The notes below the pieces were generated by a model that did not search any database, was not told the DNA's origin, and saw only the letters and a program-made list of their open reading frames with translations. This document shows positions 37,035-46,142 of a stretch of 64,000 nt of DNA, piece after piece. The position numbers and the translations under genes are program-made. Origin of the DNA: Vulcanimicrobiota bacterium (GTDB lineage: Bacteria > Vulcanimicrobiota > Vulcanimicrobiia > Eremiobacterales > Eremiobacteraceae); the NCBI GenBank assembly GCA_036741695.1, contig DAINRU010000002.1, forward strand, positions 17,862 to 81,861. The letters are read 5' to 3'. Within the stretch, counting starts at the first letter, position 1; each line of letters starts with the position of its first letter.

Positions 37035-37817
37035 TTGGGACTGCACATGGGCCGAATGGGGTCGGCCCTCGCATTGAGCATGATCGCAGCGCTCGGCCTT
37101 GTCGTCGGCAAGGCCGAGCCCGCGATGGCCAGCAATATCGCAGTTTCACCGGTGAATATCTACCTCGCACGCGCAGGTGCGAGCGCCCTCCTCACGCTGA
37201 CGAACCAAGGAAGCGACAGCATCAGCTTCTCGGTCCACACCTACAGCTGGACCCAAGGTGAGTCGGGCGAGATCGACCTTGCGCCGACCTCAGACATCAT
37301 CTTTTTCCCCACCCTGCTGACGATCGCTCCGGGCGAAAGCCGCAATATCCGCCTCGGTACGGAACTGCAACCGGGTAGCATCGAAAAGACATATCGCATC
37401 GTGCTGGACGAGTTGCCGGCCGCGCGCACGGCCCAAACACACCCTGCCATGCAAGTACGCGTGCTGACCAGATTGAGCATACCCATCTTCTTGACGCCGG
37501 TGCAAACGCACGTGCAAGCGGATGTGAGCGATGTCGCCGTGAGCAAAGGCGTGCTCAGCGTCCGGGTTGATAATCCTGGGACGGAACACATCGTGCCGTC
37601 GATGAGCGTCATTGGTCTGGGGGCGAGCGGGGAGACCACCTATAGTCTCGGGCCGCACCAGCTCTGGTACATCTTGGCGGGTGGGGTGCGAAACGTCAAC
37701 GTGCCGCTGCCGTCAAAACCCTGCGCCAAAGTTCGCACGGTGCAGGTCGTCGTTCATGTCGACTCTCTCGTGGTGAAGAAGAGCGTCTCGACACCCTCTG
37801 GCGCCTGCGCGTCGTGA
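37035..37817 (+). CDS. Periplasmic pilus chaperone (PapD/CsuC-like)
   Basis: Signal peptide, then IAVSPVNIYL..LTLTNQGSDSISF..YSWTQ..IIFFPTLLTIAPGESRNIRLG, the typical chaperone N-domain pattern. Lies 12 nt after the pilin gene. Confidence 0.75.
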   Translation: MGLHMGRMGSALALSMIAALGLVVGKAEPAMASNIAVSPVNIYLARAGASALLTLTNQGSDSISFSVHTYSWTQGESGEIDLAPTSDIIFFPTLLTIAPGESRNIRLGTELQPGSIEKTYRIVLDELPAARTAQTHPAMQVRVLTRLSIPIFLTPVQTHVQADVSDVAVSKGVLSVRVDNPGTEHIVPSMSVIGLGASGETTYSLGPHQLWYILAGGVRNVNVPLPSKPCAKVRTVQVVVHVDSLVVKKSVSTPSGACAS

Positions 37818-37833
37818 GAGAAAGCTGCGTAGT

Positions 37834-40569
37834 ATGCGGTCTTCTGACCGATCTGCGGCACCGCAGCAACCCAGACTGAAGCCCGCCCGAGTCATCTTCA
37901 TCGCCCTTGTTCTCGTGCTGGTGCTGGCCTCGGCGCTGGCAAATGATCTCTTCGGGGATCGGGGCATTCTGCATGGACGGGGGCACGGATCGGGGAGCGC
38001 GCTGCAGGCGCGCCACGCGCACGGCTCTCGGACCGCCGCACGAGCACGAGTCACGGCGCGCCACGAAAGCGCAGCGCACCGTGGCCACATCCATCACCCA
38101 TCGGTGGCTGCCAGGTTCGTCGGAAACTGCCGCATCCGCTACCGGCATCACGCAGCTACTCCCGTCGCCACGCAACCGCAGCAGACGTCGAAGGCTCCTG
38201 CCAACGCACCGGTCCCCTCAAACGTGCGTCGCGGCTCAAAAGCCAGGACTGTCCGTGTCGCCAAGGCGTCATCCGCGCAGCGCGCGAGTTCGCCGCGTCC
38301 GTCAGAAATTGCCACCGCAGCACAGCCGTCCGCAGGGCAGCGTGCCTACCTGAGCTTCAACGTGAATGGCGTGGATGAGGGAGAGGTCCTGGCTATTGTG
38401 CGCCCGGGCGACGTTCTCGTGCCGCTTGCCGCTCTCAAGCGGGCGGGCATCATCAACCTCAACGCTGAACCCGTCACCATCGATGGGGTTCCCTACGTAT
38501 CGCTTCGGCATCTCGCACCAGCTGTGAGCTATACGTTCAACGAACGGTCGCTCGCGCTCAACGTCATGGCGCAGCCCAGCTATTTGGGCTCTGCGGTCAT
38601 CGACCTGCAGGGCAGCCGAGCGCCTGCGCTCGTCTACAGCAAGAACGCGAGCGCCTTCTTCAATTATGCGGTCAATTGGGAAAACTTCAATCAGCTGAGC
38701 GAGTTCTCGGAAGTCGGCGTCAGCTCGAACGGTAATCTCTACTACAGCGGCTTTTCGTTCGCGCCAGGCGGCAAACTGATCCGCGGGCTCACCAACGCGA
38801 CGTTCGACAATCCGTCGTCCATGAAGCGCTGGGTGGTGGGTGACACGTTCGCATCCGGTGGCCTGTTCGGCGGCAACGCCTTTATCGGCGGTATCAGCGT
38901 GTCGCGCGACTTCGGCCTCAATCCATATTTCATCCAGTATCCGGGGATCGGGATCTCCGGACAAGCGCTGACTCCGTCGACGGCACAAGTGTACGTCAAC
39001 GGGCACCTGGTCAGCACGCAGCCGGTAGCCCCGGGAAAGTTCGACATCACCAACATCCCCGTGGTCGCGGGCGGCGGCAATGCGCAGGTCGTCGTGACCG
39101 ACGCATTTGGACGGACGCAGACGCTGTCATCCACCTACTACTACTCGACAACGGTGTTGGCACGGGGGTTGTCCGAGTATAGCTATAACCTGGGCGCAAA
39201 GCGCGAGAACGTGGACATCTCGAGCGGCGATTATGGGCCCGTCGTCTTCATCGGCCAAGACCGAGTCGGCATAACGGATTGGTTCACAGGCGGCGCGATG
39301 CTCAACGGAGGCGCCGGAGTCATCAGCGGTGGTCCCACTGCGAGCTTCCGATTGGGAAGAGGCCAGCTCGGCCTCAACGCCTCGCTCAGTCATGCCGCTG
39401 GCGTCGGGGGCAGCGCGGCAGAAGCGGACTACAGCTATCAGAACAAGTTCATCAGCTACGGCGGGACGCTGGCCGCGGTGAGCTCGAACTTCGCAAATGC
39501 GAGCTTGGCGCCCACGGATAACAGGACCACCCGCCTGGCCAGCGTCTTCACGGGTTTTCAAATCGGCCCGCGCGCAAACCTGACCATGAGCTATACGGCG
39601 AGCAGGCTTCGCGATACCGGCGACCAGGATGTCGCCGCTCTCACGGGCTCGGTGCTGCTGTCGCGCAGATTCGACCTCGTGGCGACAGCCGACAGCACGT
39701 ATGGAGCTGCGTCCGCCAACGCGCATCAGTACTTCGTGTCTCTCAACTACCAGCTCGGGTCCAACACGCTCGGAGCGGTGTCGCAGCAAGGTGGCAGCGC
39801 CGGCGGAGGTAGTGGCATATCGGTTCAGCAGTCGCTGCCGCTGGGTGAAGGCGTCGGGTACCTGTTTTCACACGGCTCAGGGTCTGAGATCCAAGACGAT
39901 GATTATTTCCAAGTGCAAACGTCGTACGGCTTCTACCAGGCGAGCTATCTCCAGGAGAACGGATCGAGTCAAAAATCGCTGCTGGCGTCAGGCGGTCTGG
40001 TCGATGCGGGTGACGGCATCATGTTCACGCGCGCGGTCGAGGATGGGTTTGCCGTCATCGATGTTCCTGGTGTGCGCGGCGTCAGAGGCTACTACAACAA
40101 TCAGCTGATCGGACGGACCGATGGACGAGGTCGGCTGCTCATCCCCAATCTTCTGTCGTATTATCAGAACAAAGTTGAGATCTCCGACCAGGACGTTCCG
40201 CTCGACTATAGCATCGGCGCGACCGAAGAGGTGGCCGCGCCGCCGTACCGCGGAGGAGCGCTCGTCAGATTCCCGGTGCAGCGCGTGGCGGCGGTCACTG
40301 GCAAGGTTGTCGTCGACGATCGAGGTCAGAAGGTCCCCTCATTCGGTGAACTACGGCTGACGCTTCACGGCCACGAGGTCGTCTCCGAGCTGACCGACAG
40401 GGGTGAGTTTTATCTGGAGAACCTGAGCCCTGGCCTTTATGCTGGGGAGGTCGAGTATGCCGATGGCGCGTGCGCCTTTGAACTGGTCGTTCCCAACAAG
40501 CGCCAAGCGGTGACAGAGGTTGGCAGCGTGCCATGTGCCCCTCGCCAAATAGGGCAGCTGTCGCCGTGA
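37834..40569 (+). CDS. Outer-membrane fimbrial usher (CsuD-like) with a long low-complexity N-terminal extension
   Basis: 911 aa. From about aa 170 the beta-rich, Gly/Ser/Tyr/Asn-rich body has usher-like N-domain (YLSFNVNGVDEGEVL..), barrel and C-terminal domains. Sits between the chaperone and the second SCPU gene. Confidence 0.75.
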   Translation: MRSSDRSAAPQQPRLKPARVIFIALVLVLVLASALANDLFGDRGILHGRGHGSGSALQARHAHGSRTAARARVTARHESAAHRGHIHHPSVAARFVGNCRIRYRHHAATPVATQPQQTSKAPANAPVPSNVRRGSKARTVRVAKASSAQRASSPRPSEIATAAQPSAGQRAYLSFNVNGVDEGEVLAIVRPGDVLVPLAALKRAGIINLNAEPVTIDGVPYVSLRHLAPAVSYTFNERSLALNVMAQPSYLGSAVIDLQGSRAPALVYSKNASAFFNYAVNWENFNQLSEFSEVGVSSNGNLYYSGFSFAPGGKLIRGLTNATFDNPSSMKRWVVGDTFASGGLFGGNAFIGGISVSRDFGLNPYFIQYPGIGISGQALTPSTAQVYVNGHLVSTQPVAPGKFDITNIPVVAGGGNAQVVVTDAFGRTQTLSSTYYYSTTVLARGLSEYSYNLGAKRENVDISSGDYGPVVFIGQDRVGITDWFTGGAMLNGGAGVISGGPTASFRLGRGQLGLNASLSHAAGVGGSAAEADYSYQNKFISYGGTLAAVSSNFANASLAPTDNRTTRLASVFTGFQIGPRANLTMSYTASRLRDTGDQDVAALTGSVLLSRRFDLVATADSTYGAASANAHQYFVSLNYQLGSNTLGAVSQQGGSAGGGSGISVQQSLPLGEGVGYLFSHGSGSEIQDDDYFQVQTSYGFYQASYLQENGSSQKSLLASGGLVDAGDGIMFTRAVEDGFAVIDVPGVRGVRGYYNNQLIGRTDGRGRLLIPNLLSYYQNKVEISDQDVPLDYSIGATEEVAAPPYRGGALVRFPVQRVAAVTGKVVVDDRGQKVPSFGELRLTLHGHEVVSELTDRGEFYLENLSPGLYAGEVEYADGACAFELVVPNKRQAVTEVGSVPCAPRQIGQLSP

Positions 40570-41045
40570 CGAAGACGAGGCTAGTCGCGGTTCTTGCCAT
40601 CGGCGCGGGAATTGCGCTCTGCTGCACCTCAACCGCGCTTGCAGACCCCGACTATTGCACGTTCGCGGTCGTGTCGGGGATAAGCTTTGGCAATTACAAC
40701 GTGCTCAGCGCGCTCCCGACGCAGTCGAACGGCACCATCAGCTACAGCTGCGCGTTATTCCCGCCGGCCGGCGAAGTCGTGAACATCCAATTGAGCACGG
40801 GCAGCGCGCCGACATTCAACCCGCGCTATATGGTCAATGGCGCCCAACATCTCAACTATAACGTGTACTTGGACGCGGGCCTGACCAAGATCTGGGGCAA
40901 CGGTACCGGCGGTTCGTCGCAATACGGAGCGGTCACCCTCAACGGCGTCTTGACCACGCTGACCGTGTACGGCAACATCCCAGCCGGACAGGACGTGGGC
41001 GCCGGCGCGTATACAGACACGCTGACCGTGACCATGCTGTGGTAG
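40566..41045 (+). CDS. Second SCPU domain pilus subunit (minor/tip candidate)
   Basis: Signal peptide, then CTFAVVSGISFGNYNV...GNIPAGQDVGAGAYTDTLTVTMLW. A GTG start in a GTGA overlap with the usher stop is preferred over the track start at 40533. Confidence 0.75.
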   Translation: MTKTRLVAVLAIGAGIALCCTSTALADPDYCTFAVVSGISFGNYNVLSALPTQSNGTISYSCALFPPAGEVVNIQLSTGSAPTFNPRYMVNGAQHLNYNVYLDAGLTKIWGNGTGGSSQYGAVTLNGVLTTLTVYGNIPAGQDVGAGAYTDTLTVTMLW

Positions 41046-41129
41046 CGCTCTTGTAGGTCACTCTGGAAAAGGCGCGAATCTAGCGATCGACGAAGATAAA
41101 GAAAGCCGATTGTTTGGAGGTTCTCGCTC

Positions 41130-42416
41130 ATGGCGCGCCCCATGACCCTCACCGAAAAAATACTTGCCGCTCACTCGGGCAGAGCCGAGGTGAGTCCGGG
41201 CGACATCATCTCGATCGATCTCGATCTGGTCATGGCTAACGAGCTCTCGGCGGCGGTGGCCATCACCGAATTCCGCAAGATCAAAGGCGCGACCAAGGTC
41301 TGGGATCATTCAAAGATCGCGCTCGTGCCTAGCCACTTCACTCCCAACAAAGACATCGCTACGGCGACGCTCTCCAAGATGATGCGCGATTTCGCGACGG
41401 AGCAAGGCATCGAGCACTACTTCGAAGTGGGTCGCGGTGGCATCGAGCATGTGGTCCTGCCCGAGAACGGCATGGTCGGGCCGGGAGAGACGATCATCGG
41501 CGGCGATAGCCATACCACAACCTACGGCGGCGTGGGGGCGTTCGCCACCGGCGTCGGCTCGACCGACATCGCTGCGGCGTTCGCGACAGGCGAGATGTGG
41601 CTGCGCGTGCCGCCGACCGTGAAAATCGTCTACGAGGGCGCGCTGCGCCCGTACGCGTCCGCTAAGGACCTGATCCTTGCGACCATCGGGCGGCTCGGTG
41701 TCGACGGCGCCATCTACGGCGCGCTCGAATTCACAGGACCCGTGGTGAAAGAGCTGCCCATCAGCGGGCGCTTTACCATGGCCAACATGTCGATCGAAGC
41801 CGGGGCGAAAAACGGCATCTTCCCGGTCGATGCTATGACCGAGGCATATTGCGCCGCGGTCGGTAAGAAGAATTACACCGTCTATCACTCCGACCGCGAC
41901 GCAGAGTACGAGCGGACCGTCGTCATCGACTGCTCGGCGATCGAACCGCAGGTCGCAATCCCCTGGCTGCCTGAGAACACGAAGAACGCGTCCGACCTGA
42001 ACGACATCGAAGTGCATCAAGCCGTGATCGGCACCTGCACCAACGGGCGCATTGAAGACATGCGTCAGGCGGCAGAAGTGCTCAAGGGACGCAAGATCCA
42101 TCCGCAGGTGCGTGCCATCGTCATCCCGGGAAGCCAGAAGGTGTACATGCAGTGCATCAAAGAGGGCCTCACTGAGATCTTCATCGAGGCCGGGTGCGTC
42201 GTGTCCACCCCCACCTGCGGACCATGTGTGGGCGGCCACATGGGCGTGCTCGCCGATGGCGAGCGCTGCATCTCCACCACGAATCGGAACTTCCGCGGAC
42301 GGATGGGCCACGTGAAGAGTGAGGTCTACCTGGCCGGTCCATACGTCGCGGCCGCCTCGGCGGTCGCCGGGCACATCACCGGTCCCGAGCAGCTCGGCAA
42401 GCCGGTCGCAGCGTAG
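41130..42416 (+). CDS. leuC: 3-isopropylmalate dehydratase large subunit (short, archaeal-type)
   Basis: MTLTEKILAAHSG..., GGDSHTTTYG, and the CTNGRIED and TCGPCVG Fe-S ligand motifs. Confidence 0.88.
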   Translation: MARPMTLTEKILAAHSGRAEVSPGDIISIDLDLVMANELSAAVAITEFRKIKGATKVWDHSKIALVPSHFTPNKDIATATLSKMMRDFATEQGIEHYFEVGRGGIEHVVLPENGMVGPGETIIGGDSHTTTYGGVGAFATGVGSTDIAAAFATGEMWLRVPPTVKIVYEGALRPYASAKDLILATIGRLGVDGAIYGALEFTGPVVKELPISGRFTMANMSIEAGAKNGIFPVDAMTEAYCAAVGKKNYTVYHSDRDAEYERTVVIDCSAIEPQVAIPWLPENTKNASDLNDIEVHQAVIGTCTNGRIEDMRQAAEVLKGRKIHPQVRAIVIPGSQKVYMQCIKEGLTEIFIEAGCVVSTPTCGPCVGGHMGVLADGERCISTTNRNFRGRMGHVKSEVYLAGPYVAAASAVAGHITGPEQLGKPVAA

Positions 42417-42422
42417 GCGCAC

Positions 42423-42935
42423 ATGATCCTCAAAGGCACTGCGCACAAGTACGGCAAGAACGTCGACACGGACGTCATCATCCCCGGTCGCTATTGCAAC
42501 CTCATCGACCCGGTGGAGCTCGGCAAGCACGCGCTCGAAGATCTCGACGCCGGCTTCGTCCGCAAGGCCAAGCCCGGCGATCTCATCGTCGCTGACACGA
42601 ACTTCGGATGCGGCTCGTCGCGCGAGGTGGCAGCGGTGGCGCTCAAAGGCGCTGGTGTCGCCGGAGTCGTGGCGAAATCGTTCGCACGGATATTCTACCG
42701 GAACTGCATCAACACGGGCCTGCCCATCTTCGAGTGCCCCGAGGGCGTCGACGGCATCAACGACGGAGACACCATCACGGTGGACGCGGACAACGGCGTC
42801 ATCCGCAACGAGTCGACCGGCAAGCAATTCAAAGCGACGCAGTTCCCGCAGTTCATGCAGGACCTCATCGCCGGTGGCGGGCTGCTGAAATACGTGGAGA
42901 AGCGGCTGCAAGAGAAAGCGGCGCAGACAGCATAG
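42423..42935 (+). CDS. leuD: 3-isopropylmalate dehydratase small subunit
   Basis: GTAHKYGKNVDTDVIIPGRY..NFGCGSSRE. Confidence 0.88.
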   Translation: MILKGTAHKYGKNVDTDVIIPGRYCNLIDPVELGKHALEDLDAGFVRKAKPGDLIVADTNFGCGSSREVAAVALKGAGVAGVVAKSFARIFYRNCINTGLPIFECPEGVDGINDGDTITVDADNGVIRNESTGKQFKATQFPQFMQDLIAGGGLLKYVEKRLQEKAAQTA

Positions 42936-42937
42936 CA

Positions 42938-44017
42938 GTGTCGCACGCGCATCGCATCGCGGTCATCGGCGGAGACGGTGTCGGACCGGAAGTCACCGCC
43001 GAAGGCCTCAAGGTCCTCGCCCGCGCCGCCACGCTGTTCTGCTTCAGCTACGACGCCGTCGACTTCCCATTCGGGTCCGATCACTATCTTGCGACCAAGG
43101 AATTCATGCCGCCCGGCCAGCTCGAGCGTTTTCGCGAGTACGACGCGATCCTGTTGGGCGCGATCGGCGATCCGCGGCTGCCGCCCGGTCTGGTCGAGCG
43201 CGGAGTGATCGCGGCCCTGCGTTTCGGGCTGGACCTGTATATCAACCTGCGCCCGATCAAGCTCTACGCGGAACACCTGTGCCCGATCAAGGGCAAGACG
43301 CCGGCCGACGTCGACATGGTCGTCGTGCGCGAGAACACAGAAGACCTCTACACAGGCATCGGTGGGTACTTCAAGCGCGGCACGCCCGACGAAGTGGTCA
43401 TCGCCAACCAGATCTTCACGCGCAAGGGGTGCGAACGAGCCGTCCGCTATGCGTTCGCGCTGGCGGCCACGCGCGGCAAGCGCAAGAAGCTGACGCTCGT
43501 CGACAAGGCCAACGCCATCGAAGTCCAGCAGTTGTGGCGACGCACCGTTGACGAGGTCGCGCCGGACTTCCCAGGGGTCGCCTACGAGTTCGCCTACATC
43601 GACGCGGCGTGCATGTGGATGGTGAAGAACCCCGAGGCCTTCGACGTCATCGTCACCTCGAATCTCTTCGGCGACATCATCACCGATCTGGGGGCCATGG
43701 TGCAGGGCGGCATGGGGGTCGCGGCATCTGGGAACATCCACCCGGGCCAGGTATCGCTTTTCGAACCGATCCACGGATCTGCCCCAAAATACAAGGGCCA
43801 GGGCGTCGTCAGCCCGATCGCCGCGATCGCCGCCGTCGGCATGATGCTGGAATATCTGGGTGAAGCTCAGGCGTCGCAGGCGATCGAATCGTCGATCGCC
43901 GCACTGCTGGCGAGCAAGCAGATCCCCTCGCTGGACGCGTCGAGCGGCCTTGCGACTTCGCAGATCGGTGACATGGTCGTGGCGGAGCTCTCACGGACCC
44001 AAAAGGCCGCAGTCTAA
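42938..44017 (+). CDS. leuB: 3-isopropylmalate dehydrogenase (isocitrate/isopropylmalate dehydrogenase family)
   Basis: HRIAVIGGDGVGPEV, VVRENTEDLYTG, NLFGDIITDLGA, HGSAPKYKG. GTG start at 42938; the track ORF from 42608 is a read-through. Confidence 0.85.
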   Translation: MSHAHRIAVIGGDGVGPEVTAEGLKVLARAATLFCFSYDAVDFPFGSDHYLATKEFMPPGQLERFREYDAILLGAIGDPRLPPGLVERGVIAALRFGLDLYINLRPIKLYAEHLCPIKGKTPADVDMVVVRENTEDLYTGIGGYFKRGTPDEVVIANQIFTRKGCERAVRYAFALAATRGKRKKLTLVDKANAIEVQQLWRRTVDEVAPDFPGVAYEFAYIDAACMWMVKNPEAFDVIVTSNLFGDIITDLGAMVQGGMGVAASGNIHPGQVSLFEPIHGSAPKYKGQGVVSPIAAIAAVGMMLEYLGEAQASQAIESSIAALLASKQIPSLDASSGLATSQIGDMVVAELSRTQKAAV

Positions 44018-44029
44018 GAAAGAAGCAAC

Positions 44030-45226
44030 ATGATGTCCATCAACGGCAAGTCTGTCGTCATCGTCAACGGAGCGCGGACGCCCTTCGGCAACTTCGGCGG
44101 AGCGCTGCGTGACGTCAGCGCGATCGATCTCGGCGTGGTGGCGGCCAAGGCCGCCCTCAGTCGAAGCCGCGTCGATGCCGGCCGCATCGACCAGGTCATC
44201 TTCGGCAACGTCATGCAGACCAGTGCGGACGGCATCTACGGAGCGCGCCACGTCGGGCTGAAAGCCGGCTGTCGCATCGAGACATCCGCGCTGACGGTCA
44301 ACCGGCTGTGCGGTTCCGGCCTGCAGGCGATCATGAGCGGCGCCGAGCAGATCATCTTAGGCCAGGCGAGCTACGTGCTCGCCGGTGGCATGGAGAACAT
44401 GAGCCAGGCTCCACACATCATCCGTGGTGCGCGCTGGGGTCTGGCGCTCGGGCAGAGCAAGCTCGAAGACTCGCTATGGGAAGGGCTGACCGACAGCTAC
44501 AACAACATGCCCATGGCGATCACCGCTGAGAATCTCGCGCGGCAATACGAAATCTCGCGTGAAGCATCAGATGAGTTCGCCCTGCGCTCGCAACACAACG
44601 CGGTCCGTGCAAGCCTAGACGGCTACTTCGCACAGGAGATCGCAGCGGTCGAGGTCACCGGCCGCAAGGGGACGGTCGTCATCGACGCCGATGAAGGCCC
44701 GCGCCCAGACACGTCTGCAGAGAAGCTCGCCAAGCTGCCGGCGCGTTTCAAAAAAGACGGCGTGGTGACCGCCGGCAATGCCAGTGGCATCACCGATGGC
44801 GCTGCGGCAGTCGTGCTGACGAGCGCGGAGCAGGCCGAGCGTGATGGCTTGGAACCCCTGGGCCGGCTTTTGGGCTGGTTCGCGGTGGGCGTGGATCCCG
44901 ACATCATGGGCATCGGCCCCGCGTTCGCTATACCGCAGGCACTGCAACGCGCAGGCCTGGAACTCGATCAGATGGACGTCATCGAGATCAATGAGGCTTT
45001 CGCTCCGCAAGTGCTCGCCTGCGTCGACGAACTGCATCTGGACACGAACCGGCTGAATCCCAACGGCGGCGCGATCTCGCTCGGCCATCCCCTGGGAGCA
45101 AGCGGCGCCCGCCTCGCCTACACAGCACTGCACGAGCTGCGCCGCAGCAAGAAGCGCTACGGCGTGGTGAGCGCATGCATCGGTGGTGGTCAAGGCATCG
45201 CAGCCGTGCTCGAAGCATTCAACTAG
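44030..45226 (+). CDS. Acetyl-CoA C-acetyltransferase (thiolase II)
   Basis: VNRLCGSGLQAI active-site Cys, NEAFA, GGAISLGHPLGASG, CIGGGQGIA. Confidence 0.9.
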   Translation: MMSINGKSVVIVNGARTPFGNFGGALRDVSAIDLGVVAAKAALSRSRVDAGRIDQVIFGNVMQTSADGIYGARHVGLKAGCRIETSALTVNRLCGSGLQAIMSGAEQIILGQASYVLAGGMENMSQAPHIIRGARWGLALGQSKLEDSLWEGLTDSYNNMPMAITAENLARQYEISREASDEFALRSQHNAVRASLDGYFAQEIAAVEVTGRKGTVVIDADEGPRPDTSAEKLAKLPARFKKDGVVTAGNASGITDGAAAVVLTSAEQAERDGLEPLGRLLGWFAVGVDPDIMGIGPAFAIPQALQRAGLELDQMDVIEINEAFAPQVLACVDELHLDTNRLNPNGGAISLGHPLGASGARLAYTALHELRRSKKRYGVVSACIGGGQGIAAVLEAFN

Positions 45227-45238
45227 GAACGACGACGC

Positions 45239-45267
45239 GACGCCACCGCCTAAGGTGCGGTGGCGTC
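45239..45267. terminator. Strong hairpin between the convergent thiolase and crotonase genes
   Basis: gacgccaccgc-ctaaggt-gcggtggcgtc: 11-bp stem. No clear U-tract on either strand. Confidence 0.45.
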
Positions 45268-45295
45268 TTCATGTCGGAATTCCCGAGCGGCGTTT

Positions 45296-46081
45296 TTAGG
45301 TCCCGGTGAAATTCGGCAGGCGCTTTTCGAGGAACGCCTTTGTCCCCTCGCGCGCGTCATTGGTCACGGCGATGCGGCCGAACGCGCTTGCCTCGAGGTC
45401 GAGCGCGGCGCGCAGATTGGTCTGCGTCCCGCGGTGGATGAGGTCCTTGGTAGCCGCGATGGCGAGCGGAGCTTTGCTCGCGATCACGGTGGCGATGCGT
45501 TTGGCCTCTGCCATAAGTTGGTCGGGAGGAACGACCCGGTCGACAAGCCCGGCCTGCTTGGCTTCGTCAGCGGAGATCATCTCAGCGGTGAGCAGCAGAT
45601 AGGACGCCATGCCCTCACCGACAAGCCGAGGCAGGCGCTGCGTCCCCCCGAAGCCGCCGATGATGCCGAGGTTCACCTCCGGCTGACCGAGCTTTGCGCT
45701 GGAAGCTGCGACCCGGATGTCCCCTGCCATGGCCAGCTCAAGGCCGCCGCCGAGCGCGAAGCCGTTGATCGCCATGATCACGGGCAGCCGGCTCTGTTCC
45801 AGATGCGTCGTGATGACGTGGCCGGCGCGCGCTTTCTCGGACGCGGCCTCTGCGCTGGGCAGGGCGGCGAGCTCGCCGATATCGGCGCCCGCGACGAACG
45901 CCTTGTCGCCGGATCCGGTGATGACGACCGCACGCACCGCCTTGTCAAGCTCGAGCTCTTTGAAGACGGCGAGGAGCTCGCTGAGCACGGTCGCGCTAAG
46001 TGCATTGAGGGCCTTCGGTCGGTTGATGGTGATGATCGCGACTGCACCGTCGCGCTCGAGCAGAAGAGTTTCGTACGCCAC
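45296..46081 (-). CDS. Enoyl-CoA hydratase (crotonase)
   Basis: ITINRPKALNAL, VVITGSGDKAFVAGADI, GGGLELAMA. GTG start preceded by aaaggag. Confidence 0.9.
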   Translation of the reverse strand: MAYETLLLERDGAVAIITINRPKALNALSATVLSELLAVFKELELDKAVRAVVITGSGDKAFVAGADIGELAALPSAEAASEKARAGHVITTHLEQSRLPVIMAINGFALGGGLELAMAGDIRVAASSAKLGQPEVNLGIIGGFGGTQRLPRLVGEGMASYLLLTAEMISADEAKQAGLVDRVVPPDQLMAEAKRIATVIASKAPLAIAATKDLIHRGTQTNLRAALDLEASAFGRIAVTNDAREGTKAFLEKRLPNFTGT

Positions 46082-46094
46082 AATATCTCCTTTA

Positions 46095-46136
46095 GTTGCA
46101 GCAACAGACCTTCAGGTCTGTTTCCTTAGGTCCGTT
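46095..46136 (-). repeat. Palindromic leader repeat, copy 5 (covarying stem) plus an adjacent half-copy
   Basis: The minus strand reads aacggacctaagg (half copy) then aacagacctgaaggtctgttgctgcaac. Relative to the consensus, G>A in the left arm is matched by C>T in the right arm, keeping the 8-bp stem intact. Confidence 0.8.
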
Positions 46137-46142
46137 TTTTCT

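Noticed and set aside
41046-41129. Leader peptide, T-box or attenuator upstream of leuC
   Set aside because: The spacer is only 84 nt, has no Leu-rich mini-ORF and no terminator/antiterminator pairing that I could see.
41310-42911. 533-aa minus-strand ORF opposite leuC-leuD
   Set aside because: Antisense shadow of two genes with unmistakable aconitase-family motifs.
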